Positions 39,384 through 49,571 of a stretch of DNA of 64,000 bases are shown here, in pieces. Positions within the stretch are counted from its first letter, which is position 1, and each line of letters opens with the position of its first letter. The translations under genes and the position numbers were made by a program. The stretch spans positions 62,001-126,000 of the forward strand of contig JALMLS010000612.1 of assembly GCA_038496445.1 (NCBI GenBank). Direction: 5' to 3'. Below the pieces are notes generated by a model that did no database searches, had not been told where the DNA came from, and saw only the letters and a list, made by a program, of their open reading frames with translations. This DNA comes from Trichosphaerium sp. ATCC 40318. Taxonomy: Eukaryota > Protista > Tubulinea.

Positions 39384-40349
39384 ATGCCTTACTACACAGC
39401 TGCTTTCAGCTTTGTTAGCACTGTGTTGCTAATGTGCAGCCAGCTTGATATTATAGATAGACTTGACTCTACTAGCCCTGATACTACGAACTACTCTGCC
39501 GACGGCAGAAGAGGAGGCGGTGAAGTAAAGATGATTGTGCTTCATTACACAGTTGAAGATATCGCTGGTGTGTGGGACATTTGGGCAGACAAAGAGAAAT
39601 ACGCAAGCTCTCACTACGTCATTGACTATGGTGGTGTTACGTACCGAACCGTAGAAGACAAAGAACGCTCTTTTCACGCTGGCTACGGTTACTGGGCAGG
39701 TACCAATGACGGTAACTCTCATTCCATCGGAATTGAGCAAGTTAACCCAGGGTTTACCTACGACAGCCCTAAAAACCCACACACTGGACGAAGAGACGGA
39801 GTTCGAGTCGGTAATGTTGATAAGCGCTACTGGTTCCACTATGACGAAGGAATTATCGAATCAACGATAAAACTAGTCAAATGTCTTATTAACAAGTACG
39901 ATATCAAGCCTTGGAACGTTATAGGCCATAGCGACTTGAGCGTCTTTAAACAAGATCCTGGTCCATTGTTCCCTTGGCGTAGACTCGCTAAACAGCATGG
40001 TATCGGTATGTGGTACAACGAGCATTGGGTAGGATTGATGGTAAAGTACAGCAAAATCAAAGTAACGACGGAGCAATTCAGGCAATATATCGTGGAGCTA
40101 GGACATCGTTGGGAAGATGCTGAGTTAAGAGATGACCCAAGGGATGCAGAAAACTATAAAGGAAGATATCCTAATAGAATTAAAGCGTTTAAGATGCATT
40201 TTAATCCTAGACAATTTGCTTCTGCTGTTATTGATAGAAAAACATTCTTTATTGCACGGGATTTAGTATATCAAAAGAGAATACTTGAGAGAAGGTTTAA
40301 TGTTATGGATAGATATAGTTACGATTGGAAAGACTTGGTAATCAATTAA
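39384..40349 (+). CDS. amiD: Secreted N-acetylmuramoyl-L-alanine amidase (Amidase_2, AmiD-like), intronless
   Basis: IVLHYT, SSHYVID, SFHAG, SIGIE, VIGHSD, KQDPGPLFPW zinc-amidase motifs; hydrophobic N-terminus. Confidence 0.92.
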   Translation: MPYYTAAFSFVSTVLLMCSQLDIIDRLDSTSPDTTNYSADGRRGGGEVKMIVLHYTVEDIAGVWDIWADKEKYASSHYVIDYGGVTYRTVEDKERSFHAGYGYWAGTNDGNSHSIGIEQVNPGFTYDSPKNPHTGRRDGVRVGNVDKRYWFHYDEGIIESTIKLVKCLINKYDIKPWNVIGHSDLSVFKQDPGPLFPWRRLAKQHGIGMWYNEHWVGLMVKYSKIKVTTEQFRQYIVELGHRWEDAELRDDPRDAENYKGRYPNRIKAFKMHFNPRQFASAVIDRKTFFIARDLVYQKRILERRFNVMDRYSYDWKDLVIN

Positions 40350-40604
40350 ATCAGTACACCCATTGAGCTGGTTTTTATCTGTAGCGCTAACTAATAAACA
40401 TATATTTTTGCAACTATCTCCCTGGTTTTTTTTGTGAGAATCAAGCTAAAAATAGGCTTGTATTAGCGTTTTCTACAGTGTGAATAACTCTTAAGATTTT
40501 ACTGGAAGTAAAATTGTTGAAGCACTTTCTTCAGTCATTTGACACTTGACATTTCGTCATTTAGTAATTTCTTCGTTTGGTCTACTCTGTTTTTATTTAC
40601 ATAT

Positions 40605-41736
40605 TTATGGATACCAAGTATCAATAAAGTCGAGGATAGCTTCTCCTAGATCGCTACCATACGAAGGGATAGCAGAAGTGCGTCTCAAGTGGTACGGGCT
40701 TTCTAACTGAATCGCATCAATTGTACCACTTGAAACACTTCCATGACTTCTAACAGTAAATCCACCAGTAAAATATCCGTCGGTTCCAGGTCCTGGTTCA
40801 GTAGGAGAAGGTACAACGTGGTAAGTTGCATCCAACAGTCCGCCAAAGCTAGTTGCGCCTCTTATCAGCTCTGAGAATGGTACACCCGAAGTAGCAGCAA
40901 GATTAGCAACACTGCCTTTTGGAGAAACTGCATTCAAGCCAGCGTCTAAATAGCTGTGAGTTGCTATCACCATTATTGTTTTAAGGTGTACCGTTCTTGT
41001 TCAAATTCGTCTTTGAGATAGCATATCCGAGCTCCACCCATTGTTGTGAATGACTAGATACTCCATGTACATCAATGAGTAATCCTGCACCATGTTCTAA
41101 TACTACTCTGTCTTTTGCACAATTGATAAACGCATGATACTTATCCCTAAGCAAAACAAGGTTACAACGCATTCGGATAGTCTTGCAGGGTATAACATAA
41201 TCAACTACCCTATTGAAAGTACGCATACCATATTGAAAGAGCGGAAGCGTCAATAGCTTGATCTGGGTCAATACGAGCACGATTCATATCTACCTTCTTT
41301 CTTCCAATATTGGCCACAATCACGTGTACTTTCTGATTTGTTATCGATTCGATTGTTGAAACAATCTTGTCCGCAAGGTTGATTGTGCGCGTGTCACGTC
41401 CCTTGTTGCCTAGAAGAAATCAGCAAATCCTTCGAAATAAGGGGAATCGTACCTGCTGGCTTATCCGGAATACTTGCTGGATCGTTTGTACCACCATGAG
41501 GTACAGTAATTATTATCGGAAGGTCACCTGTAGTGTACGATACATATTGATCTGCTCCGTCATAGTTTACATCGCCAGCTATATGACTTGCAAGTGGGCA
41601 TGGATCAAACGCAAATGAAAGAACCACAAAAGCGCAAAGCCCTAGAGATGTATTTTTAGCTTTCTTCAATAGAGCCCTTTCGGTTATTCTCTTTGAGTGT
41701 ACCTATCAGAGTTCGTAGTGTTTTATTTGTTGTCAT
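40605..41736 (-). CDS. Secreted N-formylglutamate amidohydrolase-like zinc hydrolase
   Basis: GDLPIIITVPHGG, RKKVDMNR, GLLIDVHG, YFTGGFTVRSHG, DAIQLE; signal-like LIGLCAFVVLSFA; about 5 exons. Confidence 0.8.
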
Positions 41737-41780
41737 CTTGATTGTTTATGTTAGTTTTTAATAAAGTAAAATAAGCAAGA

Positions 41781-41869
41781 CACGTGGATCACGTGATACA
41801 AATCCGTGAATATATGACGCAATTTCACAAGTTTTCATGAATACAAAAACTTTATTTGATTTCACGTGA
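41781..41869. promoter_or_regulatory. Cluster of three CACGTG (E-box/G-box) motifs just upstream of the FGase-like gene
   Basis: gacacgtggatcacgtgat at 41779-41797 and tttcacgtgat at ~41860-41870, within 45-135 bp of the ATG at 41736. Confidence 0.4.
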
Positions 41870-42087
41870 TTTATACAAACATTGCCGGGCGAACTACTTT
41901 AGGCAAAACAAGTAGCCTTGTATTGTTTGTTATGGCACATAACACGTATCAGTCACCTTCATGGCGAAGCTGTTCATTGACTTGAGCAGAAACAACTGAA
42001 ATAGAGAATATTCAAATTCCACGTCACGACACTTCCCGACATTGAGATGCATACAATTTGCACGCAGTCACATAGTCCTAAGACCTA

Positions 42088-42354
42088 ATGATTGCTAACT
42101 TGCCAATCGTTGTTTGTTTACAGAATAATGGTTTAGAATCATTAGTAGAGCATCTCTGTAATAACAAATTTGTTCATGTGCTGCAACCTAACTCATATCC
42201 AAAGCCATTATTGCTCTTCAAAAATGTAGAAAGCAATAAACAAGACCTAAAACAAAGGCTACACACCAACCAATGTACAATAAAGTTGGAAGAATATCAC
42301 TATATTGTTGTGCTTGCTAATAAAGAATCCATTGAAGTTGTTAAAACAATTTAA
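42088..42354 (+). CDS. Possible last exon of a small unknown protein
   Basis: Open frame preceded by a branch-like gctaac and acceptor tacag (~42123); no domain recognised. Confidence 0.25.
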   Translation: MIANLPIVVCLQNNGLESLVEHLCNNKFVHVLQPNSYPKPLLLFKNVESNKQDLKQRLHTNQCTIKLEEYHYIVVLANKESIEVVKTI

Positions 42355-42643
42355 CTGAATTGCGATTATCCACGTGTAAAAGTACAATCGAATTTAGACT
42401 CGATTGTCCTTGCAAGTTAGCAATCACACCGGACGAATGATGCAAAAATAGTTCGTATCGTTCACAAACACTTGTGAAAGAATGGATTGTCTTTACTTAC
42501 TGAAAGGAAGTTTGTTGTAACAACAACCTATCTTGGCAGGCACGGAGATGGGTGGTAGAGTTGGTATTGGGTTCAACGAATGGAATTCAGTTGTGTAAAA
42601 ATGTCAACCAACAAAAAACACAAAATCATCAACTATTAACACC

Positions 42644-44015
42644 ATGGAAACAAAATCAATGCAGTTCACCAAAATAGAAGCCAAAGGAGACGCGTTTTGC
42701 CCTAGAAGCGGTTCAAGTGCTTGTTTGATTACTGGTAAACTGTACAGCTTCGGTGGCTATGAAGAGAAAGGTTAGAAGAGCATTTACGACACTTGTAACT
42801 TATTACAACTTAGGAAAGAGATATTTTAACGATCTCCACGTTATGGACCTTGGTACGTATTTCGATGGCGTAAGCAATGTGTTTTAGCATTTTTTAACAT
42901 CTGTTAAGCTACTTCGACATGGTCAAAAGTAAACGTTGCTGGCGTACTACCAGGACCTAGAAGCGGACATGGTTCATTCGTTTTAGGTACAAAGGAAACA
43001 TAAAAACAATGCTGACAAACGATAGGCGATAAAATGTATATTATTGGCGGTTCAAGCTTTTTTCTTGACAAGTCGTACTATAATGATATCTGGACATACA
43101 CCCCTAGTGCGTACACTTATCTGTAACACCATTAACTCCTTTTTGAAGGCACAAACACGTGGGATTTAGTCAAAATCGCAGGAGAATCACATGTCGGAAG
43201 ATCATACTTTTCAACTACTTGTGTATGGCCTTAAACTAAATTTTAATATTCTTAATTATGACCATAGGATGGCAAACGCTATGCTTATATGTATGGTGGA
43301 TCAAGTCTTGCTACTAGAGAGTTTTTCAATGACTTGTATCGAATTGATATTCAAGAAAACAAAATTGAAAAAATGAAACCTACAGGAAAAGTACCTGTAC
43401 CTCGTGATGGTGCTACAGCTACTATTTTGAATAATAAGTTGTATATTATTGGCGGTTATATGACTTCTGGTAACATCGAGGTATACTGTGAAACAGTATA
43501 TGTCCTTGACCTTGGTGAGTTAAGAACTAATCATAACCTTGGTTTTCTTATTTTTTTCTAAAGCTACAAATGTCTTTACAAAGGAAACATATGATGGTCC
43601 TTTCTTGGGTAAGGCGTGGCATTCTGCAATGCCCGTAGGAGATAGAAAAATTATCGTTTTTGGCGGTGCTGGTGCCGGTTATATTTGCAACGATACCTAC
43701 CTATTCGACACATGTAAGTTACTTATGGTTTTTCTTGGGTTGCAATTAATTGTTGTTTATAGCCTGCAACGAAATTTTAAATGTTACCAAGAGGGTCTTA
43801 GGTGATGCTCCTTTACCAAGATATATGCAAGCTAGTTGCTATGATACAACAAACAATATTGGATACATTGTTGCTGGTGCTGGTGTTCCTTACTCCAAAT
43901 ATCCATACTATAATGACGTACATTCTATTGTGCTTCAAGAGGTATGTAAATTTAGTACACTATGTGCTCCATCTCATCATTCTTTTTCTAGCCTCTTGAG
44001 CCACCTCTTGAATAG
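42644..44015 (+). CDS. Kelch-repeat beta-propeller protein
   Basis: Six repeats with PRSG.., LYSFGG, MYIIGG, YMYGG, IIVFGG and 'ND' motifs across many exons. Confidence 0.9.
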
Positions 44016-44402
44016 TAAGTAATAGTACATGACAGAAATAATATAACAAATAAACCTTCATAATTCTACTTTGTTTTTCTCTATGAGACCAAAAGAAACC
44101 CGAATGTTCCTGTCCCTCATGCATCACAAGCAGGCGAATATGACTAATTTTTCTGCTTCACAGTTGCGTTTACTTCAACATATGGATGTAGTTTTCTTCA
44201 GATTCAAGTCACTATTGCTTACTGCAACAATCAGTGAATACTACGAAACTAACTGTCATTGGTTCTACAATGAAGCTTCAAGTCTGGTTTTGGTATATTT
44301 AAGGCTCTGTTAATAACGTTGCAAGTAAGTTTAGTTACCTCTCAAGTCATAGTTGGTCTAGGGCTACAAATAAACTCACACGCTTCGTTCAATAGCGTTC
44401 GC

Positions 44403-44766
44403 ATGTCACAAAGAGCCGCTCAAAGAGCTGCTGCTAGAGCTGCCTCAAAAGCAGCACAAAGACTGGCGCAAAAACAACCTGCTGTTCCTCGTAACGATAT
44501 ATTGACTCTATACAGACAATTACTGAAAGCGAGGTCGCAATTAACGTATACTGACAAAGTACGCTATTTCCACATTTAAACCCAAAAATGTAAACTTTAC
44601 GCGTAGTCTTACTACTGCTACCGGATGAGACTCGAATTTGAAAAGAAGAGGCCAAAAATTAATAATACAATGTATTACAAGGTACAGTGTGTACCACATA
44701 CCGTAATTCACCAAATTATAGCGCGGAAAGTGGTTTTTAGAAAACGGTCTTGGAGGACTCTTGTAG
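44403..44766 (+). CDS. LYR-motif mitochondrial protein resembling the human MIEF1-uORF product (L0R8F8/AltMIEF1)
   Basis: ILTLYRQLLKARSQLTYTDK-SYYCYRMRLEFEK...RGKWFLENGLGGLL parallels the LYR...LRYTDR.FY...RREF...FLNGKLG pattern; 3 exons. Confidence 0.75.
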
Positions 44767-45841
44767 CTTCGAAAAACACCAAAAAAAATACACCCAAGCG
44801 ACCACCGCGCGTAGAACATATCAATGCGCTGCATCTGGTACTCATAAAATACAAAAAAAAATAAAAGATTTCAAAAGTTGTAAAACAACATTGCTTGAAT
44901 TAACACATTCATTATTTGCGGTACTGTGCTATACTCTTTCAGTTGTACACATACTAAGGCACGTTTTTATAAATAATATTACCGTGTCCTAACACATAGT
45001 TGTGCACAAATTTTGTTTTTGTTTTTGCAATGACATTCAACTGTCTTATTACACATTGGTAAAAACTCCAGAGTAAAAACAGGCTCAGCAGAAAACCTAG
45101 TACATTGAACAGAAGTAAACATAGTCTTTGACTACATCTTATTTACCCAGTTCGTACGCAAAATGCTGACTTTTTGTCGAACCTTGAGACAGGCTTCAAC
45201 GCCCGGAACATCTTGTACTCTAATCGCCCGAACCATTGAAGGAAACTACGCATTGTTTAGGATACCGCTGACAGCGTCAGTGTTAATAGAATATTCGTCA
45301 TAAAAAATTTGTGATAAGAAAAGACAAGTCAAAAAACTACAAAGCGAAATTTTTTAGTTTCGCTGTCAAACATTTTTCCCAAATTGTATTCTCAGCCGCA
45401 AATAATGGTTTCTTTAGTGGGAAATCTAGGAAGAAAAAATCTCCAAGGGAAGTTCTTGAGTGCTTTTTTACGTTACGCCTTCCTAGGAAGCGTTTTTGTG
45501 CAGTTTCCTTTTTTATATCTCCCTATGCTGATAAAACAGTTCGTACTAGCGTACATTATTGTTTTTTGGCGATGACGCTATGTAGCGATTGAATTCTAGT
45601 GAGTACTAGGCTGGACCGTTTTTGACATTTGGATCGTTTAAATATAGCCGAGACCACCTAGTACGTCAGCACACTCATGTTATTTCCCTCGGAACACGTT
45701 TCAACGCTGAATAATCGTTGCGAGCGCAATTCTGTTTTACAACCCACTTAATTTACATCAAAACCGAACAAAAACCACAACAGACGCTTTCCGCGGAAGT
45801 TTTTTCGCCTTTAGATACTTAACGTCAATCAGATATACAAA

Positions 45842-47869
45842 ATGGCTACCTGGGACGTAAACGACCAACCGGACTACTCTCAGCACCTATCGCAGGAGCA
45901 ACTCATCGCTGAATTTAAACGAGTATGGGATTACGCTGATACAATTTACAACGAGCTTCTCACGAAAGAGGGAGCATACGCACAGCCAATACAACTGCGT
46001 AATCAGTACATTTTCTACAAAGGACACATGCCAGGTTTCTCAAACATACAACTACAAACGAAGTTCATGAATAACAAGTCCTTTAACCAAGAAGTACGCT
46101 ATTTAGATTTGTTTCAAATTCACAAGCGATTTCTCACTCTACAAAAAGTTTGACACACTATTCGAACGTGGTCGTGACCCAGACGTGAATTGTCCTACCA
46201 AGTGTCACTCACATTCGGAGGTAAGACCAAATCAGAGCCTCCGCAAGTTCTGAATTTGAAACTAATTATTCCGCAAGATACCCGATATATGGCCAGCAAT
46301 GGATAAAATTGATGAATACATTGTAGAGTGCCGTAAACGGCTATTGAAAGTCTTGACCAGCAACGACTATGCAAAATATCGTACGTTCTATAAATTTTTT
46401 TCAGTCAATTTGTCTAGTCTTTTGACATTTCCAATCCGAGCTTTTACTTACAAACTTATAGACAGCGCATTTATGCTATGCATTGAGCATGATTTGATGC
46501 ACCAAGAAACACTTCTTTACATGTACCAGCAACTTGATGGAAAATACAAGAAGAAGCCTACAAGCATTCCAAAGCTAATCACAGATACTGTGCCTTTGGA
46601 TGACAAACGCGTAGTCAAAATCCCAGGGGCAAAATTGAGACTTGGGGCTGATCGTGACTCAATGCCTTGGGGATGGGATAACGAGGCATGCTTGAGGAGC
46701 TTTTTTCTTACCTCAAAATCTTCTAACATTTCGCTTAGTATGGCAAACTAGAGGTGACAGTGGACACAGTATACATGGAGAGTCAAAATATTACTGTCGC
46801 TGAGTTTTGGAAATTTGTAACATCAGGAGCTTATGCTGATAAAACAAATTGGGCAGAACCTGATTTTGCTTGGAAAGAAAAGACAGAAATAAAGGTACCA
46901 ACGGCGAAAAATTAAAAAAATCTCAAACTCACGCACACAGTTCCCAAAGTCATGGGTCTTGAAAGACGGCAAATACTACGTCAATACTCTATTCGGAGAA
47001 CTTGTAGAGGCAGAGACTTGTAGATGGCCAGTTTTCTGTAGTCTCGCAGAGGCAACTGCGTACTGTACTTGGAAAGGCGGGCGTATCATGTCTGAGGCTG
47101 AATACAATCGCGCAGCGTACACTGCCCCAGATGAGGCTAAACCACGCCTTCATCCGTGGGGTAACGAAAAACCAACGTCAGAGCACTGTAATATTGGTCT
47201 AACGAACTGGGCACCAACACCCGTTGGTACTCATCCTAAAGGCATGTCATTTACCAGTTTTTTATTGTTTCTTCTGATGGCCATACAGGAGCATCCGCAT
47301 GGGGCATTCACGACCTTGTTGGTGATGCATTTGAATGGACTTCAACTGCTTTTAATGGGTTCCCTGGCTTTGTCAAACAGGAGGTATGCTTTTATTCTTT
47401 TTTGCTTTTTTTTGTAAGTTCTAATGTGTTTGTTAGACGTATCACGGTTACAGTGCAGATTTCTTCAGCGGAAAGCACTTTGTTATAAAAGGTAAATAGT
47501 GTTTGAAGTACTACAAATTATCAGCTATTTCTTCATGCCTGTTCGCTCCACGTGGAGAAGACATCTTATTATAAATGCCCAATGAAATTACTTGGCTGTG
47601 TGCCGTATACATTGCGTAATTGATAGACGTCTATCGCTTGGAGCGAGCAAGTCAAGAAGTGGTGTTGTGATGTTTCTTAAATTGGAGACATCATGTCATG
47701 TGACGTTTTTTCTTTTTGAACTTCTTGTCTTACTCGTTGCACAGGTGGATCGTACGCGACAGATGCAGCCCTTGTACGGTCAACTTTTAGGAATTGGTAC
47801 CAAAAGTATTATCCATACATGTTTGCCAAGTTTAGAGTCGTGTATGATAAACAACAAGGAACAAAATAA
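45842..47869 (+). CDS. egtB: Stand-alone EgtB-type sulfoxide synthase (DinB + FGE-sulfatase domains), ergothioneine pathway
   Basis: FYKGHMPGF, FERGRDPDV..CHSHSE, iron motif EHDLMHQETLLYM, WGWDNE, WPV..SLAEA.AYC.W, DLVGDAFEWT, YSADFF, KGGSYAT, FRNWYQ. Confidence 0.9.
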
Positions 47870-48359
47870 AAACACATACGCGTTTAAACCTGACGCTACC
47901 CTTAATTTGGTTTCGAACTCCATAGCTGAACAACCATAGTTCTATATACACGCCATACGTTAATAAGGAAGCGAGAAGTTGACCAATAGCCGTTTTTTTA
48001 TCTCGCAATCAGAAATCTGGGGTAAATTCCAAAAAAACGAGTTTGACCAAATTATCTCAAGTTTCCTTTGTATTCTTTCGCGGATTCTAAAGCAACAACG
48101 TTATCGTTTCTCGCTACACTACATTTAAGTGTAAGTATACCAAGGTATGGTTAAATTACGTTCTTTTGCTATGGGTTACTGTTGTGGCGCTATGCGGTAC
48201 GTTTGTAGCAGTCCAGCAACTTATGCGCTGATGTGCCCAAAGTGACCCAAAAACTAGTAATTTACTGCAAAGTCGCATATTCACGACCAGCTTAGCTGGG
48301 AGCGATAATTGTGTCTACTTTTACCTCAACACGCCGACCGCTAAGTAAATTAGTAGCAA

Positions 48360-49342
48360 ATGGGTGGTTTATTCGGAAAGAAAAAGAAGAAGAACAAGAG
48401 CAACGACAGTAGTTTAAACGTAAATGGATCTGACGCAAACAAACAATCAACTCTGATCAAAGTGTTAACTATAGGCGATTCAGGTACTAATAAAGCGCTA
48501 GCAACCATAAATTCTCCATTTGTGATTGTTAATGGAATAACTCAATAGGTGTTGGAAAAAGTTCGTTGTTGTTGCGCTACAGCGAAGATATATTTCAGGA
48601 AGGTTATGTATCAATTGGAACAGATTTTGTAAGCGTCTTTTAAAAAGTTGTCAATTAAAAAGAACCACAACTCTAAAACGGGCTTTAGAAAGTAAAAGAT
48701 ATTACGTTCAACAACAACGGAGACGATACGAACCTTAAAGTTCAGATATGGGACACTGCAGGGCAAGAAAGGTGAGTTTTTCTGATAATTATTTTCAAAA
48801 CGATTTTTTGGTGCAAGAAGTTTATCATGACGCAATTTTTTAGGTTCCGTACAATTACTTCAAGTTACTATAGAGGAGCTGAGATTATTCTTGCAAGTTT
48901 TGATATAACCAAGCAAGACACCTTTCAAAATCTTCAAAAATGGTTACAAGAGGTCAGCCGTTATGCTGATAGCAATGTTACTATTGTAATTGTAGGCTGT
49001 AAAAACGTACGGTCTTATTTTTTTTTTCTTCTTTTCAATTAAAAATGACGTTTACGTGCTTGGTAATTTTATTAAAACGGTGCTCCTAGGATCTTGGAAG
49101 CGAAAGAGAGGTTACAGAAGATGTTGCGCAAGTGAGTAGTGACAGTCTTGCAAATTATTTTCGTTTGTTTTTAATTAATGATTGTTTAGAAATTGGCTAT
49201 TGACAATGGCATGAAATACGTTGAGTGCTCCAGTAAAACAGGAGATAATATAAACCTCACAATCAACACAGCGCTCGTAGAGCACTTTGCAAATAAGAAT
49301 AGACTCGAGATGGGCGGCGCTGGGCGAATGGACGAGTTTTAA
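48360..49342 (+). CDS. Rab1-related small GTPase with N-terminal MG + polybasic anchor and no C-terminal cysteines
   Basis: [39 protein letters not shown], ECSSK; starts MGGLFGKKKKK and ends GGAGRMDEF*. Confidence 0.9.
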
Positions 49343-49571
49343 AAAAGCAAAACGAAAAAACACTTTAAACACAGTGTTTATTTATTTAGCGTACATAATG
49401 AAGCTAGATTGTAAGATAAAGTGACAGATAACATTGCCACGAGCTAAGGCGTGTTTTTTTGATCGTGTGAATGACATTTGAAAAAAACAACGCAGCGAAC
49501 TTTTGTTGACCTTCTTTTTTCTCCGTTCCCAAGAACTTTTCCGTTGATTACTGAACGTACAAATACTAAAA

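Noticed and set aside
38200-41736. Bacterial contaminant or operon explanation for the Tpx/AmiD/FGase-like genes
   Set aside because: Tpx and FGase-like regions contain spliceosomal introns, the orientations are not operon-like and the flanks are eukaryotic.
44770-45255. Possible small minus-strand gene (MRSFLQWFGRLEYKMFRALKPVS...)
   Set aside because: Could not build a consistent downstream exon chain or recognise a domain.
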